Assembly: GCA_017406775.1 (NCBI GenBank)
Contig: JAFQXV010000014.1
Coordinates: 22,962-86,961, forward strand
Source of the DNA: Candidatus Saccharimonadota bacterium
GTDB taxonomy: Bacteria > Patescibacteriota > Saccharimonadia > Saccharimonadales > Saccharimonadaceae
DNA length: 64,000 nt
Reading direction: 5' to 3'
Shown here: positions 31,402 through 41,790 of the stretch, piece after piece
How the letters are laid out: each line of letters starts with the position of its first letter
Numbering within the stretch: the stretch's first letter is position 1
Notes under the pieces: model-generated
Databases searched by the model: none
What the model was told of the DNA's origin: nothing
What the model saw: only the letters and a program-made list of their open reading frames with translations
Made by a program: the position numbers and the translations under genes

Positions 31402-32502
31402 ATGAAAATAAAAGTCACACAAGAAAAACTAAGCAAAGCTCTTAACAATATTAGTCGCGTTGCGATCAGTAAAGCCACTTTACCGATATTAAATAATGTA
31501 CTCATTCGTGTAGATAGTAAAAAGGTCTCCCTAACCACCACTAATCTAGATATGGCAATAATTGACTTTTTACCAGTATCTAGTTCAGAAGACGGAGTCA
31601 TCACTATACCAGCTAGATTATTAGCTGAATTTGTCTCTAATCTACCAAGAGGTGAAAATATTGAAATTGAATCTAAAAACGATAAGGTTACCATCAGTGC
31701 TGGTAAATATTCCTCCACCATAAACGGTGCTCCTGCTGACGACTTCCCTGAACTTCCAGAGATTAACGAAAAGAATGCTGTTATTTATAAAATTGGTGTA
31801 GACGATTTTAAAACTAGCGTTAGCCAAGTTGTTGTAGCTAGCTCCAATGATCTTACCCGTCCCGCTCTCACTGGTGTATTTTTTAATACAGATGGAAGCA
31901 TATTAAGAATTGCCGCTACTGATGGTTATCGTCTTGCCGAGAAAAAAATCATAGACAATGTAGAAAGTGAGGTCAAAGCTATTGTTCCCACTAATTCACT
32001 TCAGGAAGTACTAAGATCAATTAGTGATGACGTGGAGGAAATTGAGATTTCATTTAATGACGACTTAGTACGTTTTCGTTTAGGTGAAGTAGAAATTATA
32101 TCAAAGCTTATCGATGCTAGCTTCCCTGATTATCAAAAATTAATACCTAAAAATCCAGAAATTAAAGTTATTTTGAACCGTGAAGAATTAACTCGTGTTA
32201 CTAAACTAGCGGCCCTCTTTTCTAAATCGGTTGGTGGCTCAATTATTTGCGAATCCAAAACCCCAGATACTTTTCTAGTTAAATCCATCGCAAATGAATT
32301 TGGTGAAAATGATTCTAAGATAGAAACCGAAGTAGAAAAAGACGGCAAAATTAATCTTAATTCTCGCTTCTTATTGGATGCACTTAATGCTTTGGAAGAT
32401 TCCGAGGTTAACTTTCAATTTTCCGGTCATGTTGCCCCAGTTATACTAAAAAATCAACATAACGATAAATATATTCACATTATAATGCCATTAAATTCAT
32501 GA
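31402..32502 (+). CDS. dnaN: DNA polymerase III beta clamp
   Basis: PILNNVLI, AATDGYRLA, FPDY, IIMPL. Confidence 0.98.
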   Translation: MKIKVTQEKLSKALNNISRVAISKATLPILNNVLIRVDSKKVSLTTTNLDMAIIDFLPVSSSEDGVITIPARLLAEFVSNLPRGENIEIESKNDKVTISAGKYSSTINGAPADDFPELPEINEKNAVIYKIGVDDFKTSVSQVVVASSNDLTRPALTGVFFNTDGSILRIAATDGYRLAEKKIIDNVESEVKAIVPTNSLQEVLRSISDDVEEIEISFNDDLVRFRLGEVEIISKLIDASFPDYQKLIPKNPEIKVILNREELTRVTKLAALFSKSVGGSIICESKTPDTFLVKSIANEFGENDSKIETEVEKDGKINLNSRFLLDALNALEDSEVNFQFSGHVAPVILKNQHNDKYIHIIMPLNS

Positions 32503-33485
32503 TTATAAAATCCATCAAACTAATTAATTTTCGTAATCATAGTAGTTATAATTTACAATGCAAAGAAGATACTACTTTAATATTGGGGGAAAACGGCTCT
32601 GGTAAAACTTCCGTATTAGAGGCTATCTATATCTTAACTCAAGGTAAAAGTTTTAGGGCTACTGATCAAGAAATTATTAAAAGAGGCACTGATTTTTATC
32701 GGATAGAATTAAATTATTATAACGGCGACACTAACATAGCTACATATGATCATAAAAATAAAAATTTTATTATTCATGATCAAAAAACTAAACGCTTGCC
32801 TAAGAAAAATAAATACCCAGTAGTATTATTTTTGCCTTCAGATCTGAATTTAATTAGTCATTCCCCTAGTCGTCATCGTGATTATTTTGATCGAGTTTAT
32901 AATGAATTTAACGAAAAATATCACGAATCTTTATTAAAATATAATAAAACATTAAAACAGAGGAATGAGCTATTAAAAAAAGAATTTATTTCAAAAGATG
33001 CTATTTTTTCATGGAATCTATTATTGGCTAAGTTTGGCACAGAGCTATATAATTATAGAAATAATTATACAAAAGAAATAAATACTGAATATACCAACTA
33101 TTACCGGTCAATCACTAAAAATCAAGATGAAGTGAGTATTAAATATAAAACCGAAGTTGATAATTTTACCGAAGAAAAATATCTTAAATATCTAGAGCAA
33201 AACTACGAAAAAGACACTTATCTTGGATACACTAGTTTCGGTATTCATCGTGACGATTATCTATTTAAACTTAATCATCAACCTGCGGATGGTTCTGCCT
33301 CTAGAGGCGAAACCCGCTCCATGATTTTAGCTCTAAAATTCATAGAGGCTAAACTCATTGAAGAAAAAAATCATCGCAAACCATTAATTCTTCTGGATGA
33401 TGTATTTTCGGAGCTAGATGAGACTCATAGAAATAGTTTAATTAAAAATTTTAAGGATCATCAGATTATTCTAACCAGCGTATGA
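32499..33485 (+). CDS. recF: DNA replication/repair protein RecF
   Basis: INFRNH, GENGSGKTSVLEAI, SRGETR, LLDDVFSELD. Confidence 0.95.
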   Translation: MIIKSIKLINFRNHSSYNLQCKEDTTLILGENGSGKTSVLEAIYILTQGKSFRATDQEIIKRGTDFYRIELNYYNGDTNIATYDHKNKNFIIHDQKTKRLPKKNKYPVVLFLPSDLNLISHSPSRHRDYFDRVYNEFNEKYHESLLKYNKTLKQRNELLKKEFISKDAIFSWNLLLAKFGTELYNYRNNYTKEINTEYTNYYRSITKNQDEVSIKYKTEVDNFTEEKYLKYLEQNYEKDTYLGYTSFGIHRDDYLFKLNHQPADGSASRGETRSMILALKFIEAKLIEEKNHRKPLILLDDVFSELDETHRNSLIKNFKDHQIILTSV

Positions 33486-33497
33486 TATAATCACAGA

Positions 33498-34745
33498 GTG
33501 ATAAAGATAGAAAAAATAATCCCTGGCGGTCAGGCTTTGGGGCAAATGGAAGACGGCAAAAAAATCCTCTTTTGGAATGCCTTGCCAGGAGAAAATGTAA
33601 TAGAATATAATATAACTAAGCAAAAATCTCATTACTGTGAGGCTATTGCTACGTCAGTCATTAATCAATCAGATAAACGTATTACACCTAAAGATGATTG
33701 TTTTTTATCTACTTCCCCTTGGCAGATTATTGACTGGGATTATGAAAATGATCTCAAAACAGATTTAATAGTTGAAATTTTCCGTGAACACGGAATTATT
33801 ATAGATAAACCTAATAATTTTTCGGATAACCAAGAATATTTTTACCGTAATAAAATGGAATATGCACTTTATTGGGATCAACAAACTTCTAAGATTCAAC
33901 TAGCTTTTCGTCATAGAGGAAGCCATAAGAAATTACCTATCTTTAAATCTTCCATAGAGCGTCCAGAGATTTTTGCTGCCGCTCAAAATATCATAGACGA
34001 ACTCAATCAAAAACATGAAGAAGCTCGCAGATACCAAACCCTTCTCTTACGCTCTAATCAAAAAGGTGAAGTTTCCGGCGGCCTTTACGAAAATCATCAG
34101 CCACATCCTAAATTTAAAAATTTAAGTGATGAAATTTTAGGCTATCATTATTCTTATTCTCCTAATGGATTCTTTCAAATTAATTTACCAGTTTATGAAC
34201 TCGCTCTTAAAGAAATAAAAAAAATCATTAAAACGGACGAAGTTTTAGATTTATACGCAGGTGTTGGCACAATCGGTCTTTCTATTGCTCGTGATAGAAA
34301 ACTCACTCTTGTAGAGGTAGATAAATTTGCCTTTGAGGAATTAAATAAAAATGTTATAAATATAATTCACGCTGAGAACATAGAGCGAGTGTCAAGCTGG
34401 CACGAGCAGAAGGCGCCTCCCGTAAAGACGGGCGGGCGACTGGGTTCTCGGAGTGAATTAATTAATACTGTCTTATCAAGATCCGAAGAAGCTTTAGATT
34501 ATATTAAGCAAAACCAAACTGTAATTTTGGATCCTCCCCGTTCTGGCTGCGATGATAAACTTATCGAGAAATTAAACACCATTAAACCAACTACTATTAT
34601 TTATTTATCCTGCAATCCTTCTACTCAAGCTAGAGATGTTAAGAAATTGCTAGATAATTACAAAATAAAAGATATAAAAACATTCAATTTTTTTCCACGT
34701 ACACCACACATCGAAAATCTAGTAATTTTAAATAAATCATGCTAG
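33498..34745 (+). CDS. rlmD: RNA (uracil-5)-methyltransferase, RlmD/TrmA family, with internal insertion
   Basis: [44 protein letters not shown]. Confidence 0.8.
   Translation: MIKIEKIIPGGQALGQMEDGKKILFWNALPGENVIEYNITKQKSHYCEAIATSVINQSDKRITPKDDCFLSTSPWQIIDWDYENDLKTDLIVEIFREHGIIIDKPNNFSDNQEYFYRNKMEYALYWDQQTSKIQLAFRHRGSHKKLPIFKSSIERPEIFAAAQNIIDELNQKHEEARRYQTLLLRSNQKGEVSGGLYENHQPHPKFKNLSDEILGYHYSYSPNGFFQINLPVYELALKEIKKIIKTDEVLDLYAGVGTIGLSIARDRKLTLVEVDKFAFEELNKNVINIIHAENIERVSSWHEQKAPPVKTGGRLGSRSELINTVLSRSEEALDYIKQNQTVILDPPRSGCDDKLIEKLNTIKPTTIIYLSCNPSTQARDVKKLLDNYKIKDIKTFNFFPRTPHIENLVILNKSC
34364..34459 (+). repeat. In-frame palindromic insertion (family A) in rlmD-like gene
   Basis: Terminal IR AATTCACGCTGAGAAC / GTTCTCGGAGTGAATT (14/16); internal CAGAAGG and CCCGT-AAAG-ACGGG hairpin; 96 bp, ORF stays open. 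Confidence 0.85.
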
Positions 34746-34758
34746 AATAACAAGAGAC

Positions 34759-34848
34759 GGAAAGGTGGCCGAGTGGTTGAAGGCGCACGCTTGGAAAGCG
34801 TGTGTGCGAGCAATCGTACCGCAGGTTCGAATCCTGTCCTTTCCGCCA
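34759..34848 (+). tRNA. tRNA-Ser(GGA)
   Basis: GGAAAGG/CCTTTCC acceptor, CACGC-TTGGAAA-GCGTG, long variable arm, GGTTCGAATCC, CCA. Confidence 0.97.
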
Positions 34849-35009
34849 AATTAGCTAAAATAGAACTTGTTCTATTTTAGGAGATTTGAAGGAATGAAAT
34901 GGGATTATTTTATCCTGTCCTTTCCGCCAAATTAGCGACAGAAGAGCTTGCTCTTCTGGAGGTAATTTAAAGGAATGGATCTAGGATCAATATCCTGTCC
35001 TTTCCGCCA
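34831..35009 (+). repeat. Tandem copies of tRNA-Ser(GGA) 3' end
   Basis: ATCCTGTCCTTTCCGCCA at 34831, 34912, 34992 (period 81, 80). Confidence 0.95.
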
Positions 35010-35034
35010 TTTTTTCAGACAAATAGGAGTATAA

Positions 35035-35793
35035 GTGAGCGAAAATATTTTAATTGAGTTGAAAGGTTTAACCAAAAGTTATGGGTATGGCGATACGAAA
35101 TATTTCGCTCTAAAAGATTTTGACCTCACCATTAAACGCGGCGAATTTATTATGATTATGGGGCCATCGGGTTGTGGCAAAACTACACTACTGAATATCA
35201 TTGGCCTACTAGATCGTGCTACCAGAGGTGAATATATTTTAAATGGCGAAAATGTTGCCAATATTTCTATGCGTCGTCAAGCCAAACTTCGTGCTAAAAA
35301 GATTGGCTTTGTCTTTCAGAATTTTAATCTAATAGAAGATTTACCGATTATTGATAATGTTTCCCTCCCTTTAGTTTATACTGGCTATTCTAAAACCGCA
35401 CAACTCAAAAACGCCTCATCTGCGCTCAGGCGCTTTCATCTTCAAGAAAAAGAATACTACTTACCATATCAACTATCCGGTGGTCAGCAGCAAAGAGTAG
35501 CAATAGCACGTGCTATTGTGAATGACCCTGAAATTATTTTGGCAGATGAGCCTACTGGTAACCTAGACTCACGCTCGTCTCATGTTGTGATGGAAGAGCT
35601 AAAGGCCATCCATGAAGAAGGCAACACTATTATTATGGTTACCCATAATCCGGCACTTACTGTTTATGCTACCCGTGTTATTAATATGTTGGATGGTCAA
35701 ATTGATACCGATATTAAAACTGTAGAAGATCAAAACCTTCCCCAACCCATTAGCGTCAAAATTAAAAAACGTAAAAAATCTCGGAGAAAATAA
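35035..35793 (+). CDS. ABC transporter ATPase (MacB/LolD-like)
   Basis: [33 protein letters not shown]. Confidence 0.95.
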   Translation: MSENILIELKGLTKSYGYGDTKYFALKDFDLTIKRGEFIMIMGPSGCGKTTLLNIIGLLDRATRGEYILNGENVANISMRRQAKLRAKKIGFVFQNFNLIEDLPIIDNVSLPLVYTGYSKTAQLKNASSALRRFHLQEKEYYLPYQLSGGQQQRVAIARAIVNDPEIILADEPTGNLDSRSSHVVMEELKAIHEEGNTIIMVTHNPALTVYATRVINMLDGQIDTDIKTVEDQNLPQPISVKIKKRKKSRRK

Positions 35794-37026
35794 ATGGCTA
35801 CTTTATTTAGGACTCATCTTAGATTGGCACGTACTTCTATCAAAGAGAATCGTACTCGTTCATTTTTAACTTGTCTCGGTATTGCTATTGGGGTGGCAAG
35901 TATAGTACTAATACTTTCTCTTATGGGTGGGATTTCGAATCTTATTAAAAACGAAATTAGTGAAATAGGTTCAGACTTAATTGTGGTCAGACCAAACTCC
36001 ACTAAAGACTCCGTTACTAGTGTAATAGAAGAATTAACATCATCAAATTCCTTCCAAAATAGTAGTCTTAGTATTAAAGATGTAGATGAAATAAAAAAAT
36101 TAGAAGATATTTCCGCCGTTGCACCAATCGCTATTTCGAATAATAAAATTGATTCGGAAAAAAACAATCTTTCCTCGGTTCAAATTTTAGGGACCAATTC
36201 TGATTTTATTAAGATACAACCTATAGCCCTCCACTACGGCTCATTCTTAAACGATGAGAACGAGGAGAAAACTGTTGTCCTTGGTCGTACATTATCTTTA
36301 GCATTATTTAACACAATCAATAGTACTATAGGTAAAACGATTACTATTATGGGCGAAAAATTCATGATAGTAGGTGTTTTAGATGAAGTGGATAAATCAA
36401 TTAATTTCGATAATATAGATTTCGATAACGCTGCAATCATTAATATCAAACATCTTAATAAAATTGCCGAAACCGCCCAAATTCAACAAATTAATATAAA
36501 AGCTAAAAATACTGATAGTCTCGGCCAAATTTCTGATAATATCAGGAATACTCTCACTAATCAAAAGTTGGGTGATCAAAATTTTACCGTCTCTTATGGT
36601 GATAGTATTATGCATCCCGCCAGTTCACTATTTATGATAGTGTCAGGTATGCTTACTCTGGTGGCCGCAATTTCACTTATTGTAGGTGGAATTGGAGTAA
36701 TGAATATTATGTTGGTATCTGTAGCCGAAAGATCACATGAAATTGGTGTAAGAAAGGCCGTGGGGGCTTCTTCGCGTAATATTTTAATGCAATTCTTATT
36801 TGAGGCTCTTATTTTATCTCTTATGGGCGGCATTTTAGGCCTTCTGCTTGGCTATATTTTGGCATTTATTCTATCCACTATTACCCCATTTTCACCATAC
36901 ATTAGCTGGCATATTATTGCTGTCACTTTTCTTACCACTACATTAATAGGAATTATTTTTGGTATCTATCCCGCAATTAAAGCGGCGGCCAAAAATCCCA
37001 TCGATTCCCTTAGACATTATCGCTAG
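35794..37026 (+). CDS. ABC transporter permease (MacB/FtsX-like)
   Basis: RSFLTCLGIAIGV, GGIGVMNIMLVSVAER..EIGVRKAVGA. Confidence 0.93.
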   Translation: MATLFRTHLRLARTSIKENRTRSFLTCLGIAIGVASIVLILSLMGGISNLIKNEISEIGSDLIVVRPNSTKDSVTSVIEELTSSNSFQNSSLSIKDVDEIKKLEDISAVAPIAISNNKIDSEKNNLSSVQILGTNSDFIKIQPIALHYGSFLNDENEEKTVVLGRTLSLALFNTINSTIGKTITIMGEKFMIVGVLDEVDKSINFDNIDFDNAAIINIKHLNKIAETAQIQQINIKAKNTDSLGQISDNIRNTLTNQKLGDQNFTVSYGDSIMHPASSLFMIVSGMLTLVAAISLIVGGIGVMNIMLVSVAERSHEIGVRKAVGASSRNILMQFLFEALILSLMGGILGLLLGYILAFILSTITPFSPYISWHIIAVTFLTTTLIGIIFGIYPAIKAAAKNPIDSLRHYR

Positions 37027-37048
37027 TTTACGTGCTATAATATCTCTT

Positions 37049-38293
37049 ATGAAGAAGTTATTAGAAAAATTACCATTTTATAATACTGCCGTCCTACCAT
37101 ATCATTTTCTGCAATCAGTTGCGGCCGGCATTAAATATAATTTTCCAGGCAAAAAAATTCATGTTATAGGTGTAACTGGCACCAATGGTAAGACCACTAC
37201 TTGTTTTATGATTTGGCACATGTTAAATCAGGCTGGTATTAAAACCGGCATCATGACAACGGTAGCATGGGGTATAGATCATCTGCAGCCAGAATTAGCA
37301 CACATGACTACAGTGGATGCCTTCACTCTTAATCAAAGAATTTCAAAAATTCAAAAAAAAGGTGCAAGATATTTAGTGTTAGAGATAACATCTCATGCCC
37401 TTGCAGAATTTCGTACGTTAGGTATCCCAGTTGATATTGCGGTATTTACTAATCTCACACACGATCACCTAGATTACCACAAAACTTTTGAAAAATATCG
37501 CAATGCTAAAGGTAAGTTATTTAAAAAAGCGAGTTACTCTATCTTAAACGCAGACGATAAAGCCACAAGCTATTATCAGAAATTATCTAAGCAATATACC
37601 ACATACGGTATAAATAAGGGAGAAAATCAAGCTAAAAATATAGAATTAAGTGTGAAAGGTGTTAAATATACTTTTGGTGATATGGAGATATCAACAAGTA
37701 TACCAGGAGAATTCAATGTATATAATTCATTAGCCGCGGCTTTAGTAGGTAAAAAAGTTGGTTTGACTAATAAAAATATCATAAATGGTATAAAATCTCT
37801 AGAATCCGTTGAAGGTCGTATGAATATTATAGATGAAGGGCAACCTTTTACAGTGATAGTGGACTATGCTCATGCTCCAGATGCTTTGGAGAAAGTTTTT
37901 GAATCAGTTAAAGGTCACCAAGGTAAGATTATATCCGTACATGGTGGAGCCGGACGTCGTGATCCGTCAACTCGTCCAATAAGAGGAGAAATACTAGCTA
38001 AAAACTCCGATTTAGTAATTATTACAGAGGATGATTCACGTGATGAAGACCCAGAAAAAATCGCTGCGGGTTTTATTGAAGGTGCAATTAAAGCCGGCAA
38101 GACTCTCGGTAAAGATCTGATTAAAGAATTAAATCGAGAAAAAGCAATTCAAATAGCGATAGATAGTGCTAAAAAAGGTGATTTAGTTTTAGTTTTAGGC
38201 AAAGGCCACGAAAAGACTATTCTTAGAGCAGATGGTCCTCATGATTTTGAAGATATTAAAGTAGTGAAAAAAATCCTAAAAGCCAAAAAATAA
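37049..38293 (+). CDS. murE: UDP-MurNAc-tripeptide ligase
   Basis: GVTGTNGKTT, LEITSH, NLTHDHLDYH, VDYAHAPD, DDSRDEDP, GKGHE; start at ATG 37049. Confidence 0.92.
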   Translation: MKKLLEKLPFYNTAVLPYHFLQSVAAGIKYNFPGKKIHVIGVTGTNGKTTTCFMIWHMLNQAGIKTGIMTTVAWGIDHLQPELAHMTTVDAFTLNQRISKIQKKGARYLVLEITSHALAEFRTLGIPVDIAVFTNLTHDHLDYHKTFEKYRNAKGKLFKKASYSILNADDKATSYYQKLSKQYTTYGINKGENQAKNIELSVKGVKYTFGDMEISTSIPGEFNVYNSLAAALVGKKVGLTNKNIINGIKSLESVEGRMNIIDEGQPFTVIVDYAHAPDALEKVFESVKGHQGKIISVHGGAGRRDPSTRPIRGEILAKNSDLVIITEDDSRDEDPEKIAAGFIEGAIKAGKTLGKDLIKELNREKAIQIAIDSAKKGDLVLVLGKGHEKTILRADGPHDFEDIKVVKKILKAKK

Positions 38294-38294
38294 A

Positions 38295-39044
38295 TTATTC
38301 TGGGATATATTCCGCTAAACCATCTACTATCTTATCATTCTCTATTCCTAAAGTATGGGCAATTGCGGTTGCGCAAGCCATATAAGAAACGGCCGTTTCT
38401 CCAGGCACAAATGTTGCTACCGTTAAAATATCAGTCTTGATTGAGAAAGTTGCTTCTGTCCCTTTACTGTAAAGTTTAGAATTGAGAATTTTTACTTCGG
38501 AACTAGATTGTCCGTATGTGATAGTATCATTCTTCCCTCTAAATTCGGCAAAAGTATCATAATTAATATCATCATGATTTAAAACCACTATTTCTGGTTT
38601 CATATCAAATAATGTTTTTTCGTTATCAAGAAATTCTTTTGGTTCCATATCTTTAAGTCCAGAAGTTACGAAATTAGTCATAGCGGCTACCGAAATTGGC
38701 AATCCATAAAAAACGTTATCTCTTAAACCTTCAGCTGGAACAGTTACTACTACATAATTTGCCCCCGCCTTCCAAGCATCACTTAAAAATTTATGAAGCA
38801 TACCAATTTTAAAAGGTTGATCAGACGCAAGTACGGCCACCTGCTCACCGGCCGCTCTAAGAATTTCGTGGACGTAATGAGCTACCGTTGTTTTACCAGT
38901 AGAACCAGTAATAGCGATAAGTTTCATGTCTTTTATCGGATTTCCGTAATACGACTTTAAAATCTTAGCTTTAATTTTTTGTGTTTTATCTTTGAGCCCA
39001 CCATTTTTGTCATTGCGTTTATTGGATTTTTCCCTCTCACTCAT
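38295..39044 (-). CDS. Degenerate Mur-ligase central-domain protein
   Basis: LIAITGSTGKTT P-loop, VLNHDD; lacks the C-terminal domain. Confidence 0.7.
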   Translation of the reverse strand: MSEREKSNKRNDKNGGLKDKTQKIKAKILKSYYGNPIKDMKLIAITGSTGKTTVAHYVHEILRAAGEQVAVLASDQPFKIGMLHKFLSDAWKAGANYVVVTVPAEGLRDNVFYGLPISVAAMTNFVTSGLKDMEPKEFLDNEKTLFDMKPEIVVLNHDDINYDTFAEFRGKNDTITYGQSSSEVKILNSKLYSKGTEATFSIKTDILTVATFVPGETAVSYMACATAIAHTLGIENDKIVDGLAEYIPE

Positions 39045-39143
39045 AATACCCTTATTATATCACTTGTTTATCAGTTTTCAACCTAATTCATCTTGACACT
39101 AATGTGTAATTCAGTTATTAAATAAAGTAGGTTTATAAAAAAA

Positions 39144-40310
39144 ATGGATCCACATTTATCTAATAATACTGAAAACACTCAAGGCGATTTATCTACTGGA
39201 TGGGAAAACATAAAAGATAACGCGCCACCGTTTCATGGGGAGCCGGAATTTAGGGCTGAAAATACTTTTAGTTCATCTTACGAAAAAATACCAGAAGATA
39301 AAAAACACGATATTTTTACAAAATCAAATTTTGGTGATTATTATTTTAAAATAAAAAAAGAATTTCCGGATGATGAGTATACCGATGAGCTACTACGAAT
39401 ATGCAGTCCCGTTTATGCGTTGGAAAAGCTTAATGGTATAAATTTTTACTCGTCCATGCCATTTGAAGCCCATCGCCGCCCTCATATATTACTCTATGCA
39501 GAAACCCCAGATGGAATAAGCGCCCATGTTTTTTACCGAAGTAACTCATCTATGAATTGGAGATTTTTACCTAGGATTGTCGATGGTTGGTATGATAAAA
39601 CTACTAGCCACGAAGATAGCATTAATTTACCAACCGAGATTCAGGCTAAAGTAGAGCATATTTCAGACTCCGAAGATGATAAAATACCTCAAATTAGTAA
39701 TGAATTTATTGGCTATATCGTAAATGACACTTTTGATTCTCGATTATCAACTAAAAATAACAGAACTGATATTTCTAATTTTGTTACGTGCGCTGGTGAA
39801 TTGGCGCTAGGTTATTTTGGGAATGATTATAATAATCCTTTTGAAAATTCATTTTTTGGCGATAACTGGATTCTCCCCGATCCAGAAACTTTAAATATTC
39901 CAGCCGAAAAGGAACCGGATTTTTCCAAATTAATATGTGAATGGCGATCACATAACGAAGAATATATTTTTCTAAGTAAAGATGGCGCACTTACCGCACG
40001 GTGTTTTGATTCTTTAGATCATTCTCTTAGATATTTATTTTATTCCACTCTTGAAGGAAAAACCTGGATTAGTAGTATTGAATGTATTAATTCTAAAACA
40101 AACAACTTAGGGTTAAGAGAAAATTACATCGAACCGGGTGCTCTCACTACTCCCCTTTTAGAATACCATTGTAAGGAGTCGTGTCAGGATGGAAAAAATG
40201 GTGGTGGACATTGGGGTAAAGATAATTTTATGCATTATCCGTATGCAGATATGAGCGATTATTTAGATAAAATACCCATCATTAAAAAATTTCATCAGTA
40301 TTACCAATAA
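39144..40310 (+). CDS. Hypothetical protein
   Basis: 388-aa ORF, no recognisable motif. Confidence 0.7.
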   Translation: MDPHLSNNTENTQGDLSTGWENIKDNAPPFHGEPEFRAENTFSSSYEKIPEDKKHDIFTKSNFGDYYFKIKKEFPDDEYTDELLRICSPVYALEKLNGINFYSSMPFEAHRRPHILLYAETPDGISAHVFYRSNSSMNWRFLPRIVDGWYDKTTSHEDSINLPTEIQAKVEHISDSEDDKIPQISNEFIGYIVNDTFDSRLSTKNNRTDISNFVTCAGELALGYFGNDYNNPFENSFFGDNWILPDPETLNIPAEKEPDFSKLICEWRSHNEEYIFLSKDGALTARCFDSLDHSLRYLFYSTLEGKTWISSIECINSKTNNLGLRENYIEPGALTTPLLEYHCKESCQDGKNGGGHWGKDNFMHYPYADMSDYLDKIPIIKKFHQYYQ

Positions 40311-40331
40311 AAAAAACGGCTTCTGGAGCCG

Positions 40332-40427
40332 TGACGAAGGCGAGAGGATTCGATTGGAGCGAAGCGACAAACGAATCTCGCTTTTTGTGTGTTGCGATAG
40401 CAACATGGCGGAAGCGAGAGGATTCGA
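40332..40427 (-). repeat. Diverged copy of tRNA-Ser(CGA) 3' end 74 nt downstream of the tRNA
   Basis: TGACGAAGGCGAGAGGATTCGA (40332) vs TGGCGGAAGCGAGAGGATTCGA (40406), 19/22. Confidence 0.85.
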
Positions 40428-40495
40428 ACCTCCGAGACTGTTGCCAGCCCACACGATTTCGAGTCGTGCGCCTTCAACCACTCGGCCACGCTTCC
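40406..40495 (-). tRNA. tRNA-Ser(CGA)
   Basis: GGAAGCG/CGCTTCC acceptor, CACGA-CTCGAAA-TCGTG, long variable arm, CCA. Confidence 0.97.
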
Positions 40496-40690
40496 ACCTA
40501 TAATTATATCACAGAGTCTACTCTAATAAACCAATCTAATTTGGCGGTATGCTTATTGTGAATTAAAACAAATTTATAAAAATAATCTCCCAAATTATTC
40601 AAAAATATGTTATAATAAAAACGTCACCTTTTAGGTGATGCTCATTTAATTTCTAGGTGGATGTTTAGGTTAATCTTAGCATCCACATAT

Positions 40691-40767
40691 GTGCCCGTAG
40701 CTCAGCTGGATAGAGCGTTTGCTTGCGGAGCAAAAGGTCGTAGGTTCGAATCCTGTCGGGCATACCA
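40691..40767 (+). tRNA. tRNA-Arg(GCG)
   Basis: GTGCCCG/CGGGCAT acceptor, TTTGC-TTGCGGA-GCAAA anticodon arm, GGTTCGAATCC, CCA. Confidence 0.93.
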
Positions 40768-40852
40768 TAACAGAAAAAACAAGAATTTATTCTTGTTTTT
40801 TGTGTTTTGGGATGGTCGAAAAAGGATCCCCATCCTGTCGGGCATACCATAA
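40750..40852 (+). repeat. Copy of tRNA-Arg 3' end
   Basis: ATCCTGTCGGGCATACCATAA at 40750 and 40832 (period 82). Confidence 0.95.
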
Positions 40853-40912
40853 TAAAAACAAGGCCAAAGGCCTTATTTTTATTTTAAAATTATTTTTTGC
40901 TATAATAAAATT

Positions 40913-41398
40913 ATGCAATGGGATTTAATTACTAATATAATTTTAATATCATCACTTTTAACTTTGGCAACTTTCGCGATTGTTGCTCTAGTGCAATGGA
41001 CTAATCGGAAGTCGTTTATGAAAATCGACCGCGTCTTACGTTGGATCCCATTACCGCTAGCATTAATGACGATAGTTTATTTTATCTTCGACAAACTAAT
41101 TATTTTAAACACTCGTCCAGACGGCTCCAGTGAACCATCCTTCCCTTCTACTCACGTCATGGTGGTCACTACAATCTTCTTTATCGTAATAACAATTTTA
41201 CCAAAATATATTCACTCTAAAGTTGCGCGCGTAATTTTGGATATTCTAATGGCGATTTTAATTTCACTTACTTGTACCGGTCGCGTACTTGCGAATATGC
41301 ATTGGCCGATTGACGTTTTTGGTGGTGTAGCTTTTGCTATTATTTTTACAGAAATCTACTACATAGTTGCTAAAACCAAGAAGAAGGAGAAAAAATGA
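40913..41398 (+). CDS. PAP2-family phosphatase
   Basis: NTRPD, SFPSTH, GRVLANMHWPIDV. Confidence 0.88.
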   Translation: MQWDLITNIILISSLLTLATFAIVALVQWTNRKSFMKIDRVLRWIPLPLALMTIVYFIFDKLIILNTRPDGSSEPSFPSTHVMVVTTIFFIVITILPKYIHSKVARVILDILMAILISLTCTGRVLANMHWPIDVFGGVAFAIIFTEIYYIVAKTKKKEKK

Positions 41399-41772
41399 GT
41401 AGTGTTTTTACTAAAATCATCAATGGTGAAATTCCCTGTTATAAAATTTATGAAGATGATAAAACTTTTGCATTCTTAGATATTCACCCAGAAACCCCCG
41501 GACACACTTTAGTTGTCCCTAAAAAAGAAATAGATCGAATTTATGATTTACCGGAAGAAGATTATAATGCATTAATGTCTACCGTTAAAAAACTTTCCAC
41601 TCACATGGAAAAAATAACTGGTAAACGTACCCTCTGGAAGGTAGTAGGCACAGATGTTCCGCATGCGCACGTTCATTTAGAGCCACTCGATGAAACCTGG
41701 TATCATGGGCGCGAAGTTAAGACTTCACCAGAAGAATTTGAAAAAATCTGTGCCAAGCTACAATATCACTAG
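41395..41772 (+). CDS. HIT-family nucleotide hydrolase
   Basis: VFTKII..FLDIHP..GHTLVVPK, VPHAHVHL. Confidence 0.93.
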   Translation: MSSVFTKIINGEIPCYKIYEDDKTFAFLDIHPETPGHTLVVPKKEIDRIYDLPEEDYNALMSTVKKLSTHMEKITGKRTLWKVVGTDVPHAHVHLEPLDETWYHGREVKTSPEEFEKICAKLQYH

Positions 41773-41790
41773 ATATGATATAATAGCAAT

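Noticed and set aside
32499-32502. Alternative genetic code (TGA=Gly)
   Set aside because: TGA terminates dnaN at its normal end in an ATGA overlap with recF, and likewise at 153-156
34831-35009. CRISPR array
   Set aside because: Repeats are exact tRNA 3' ends, differ per locus, have only 2-3 copies, and no cas genes are in the window
40263-40928. Short ORFs across tRNA-Ser(CGA) and tRNA-Arg
   Set aside because: Translations of tRNA and repeat sequence
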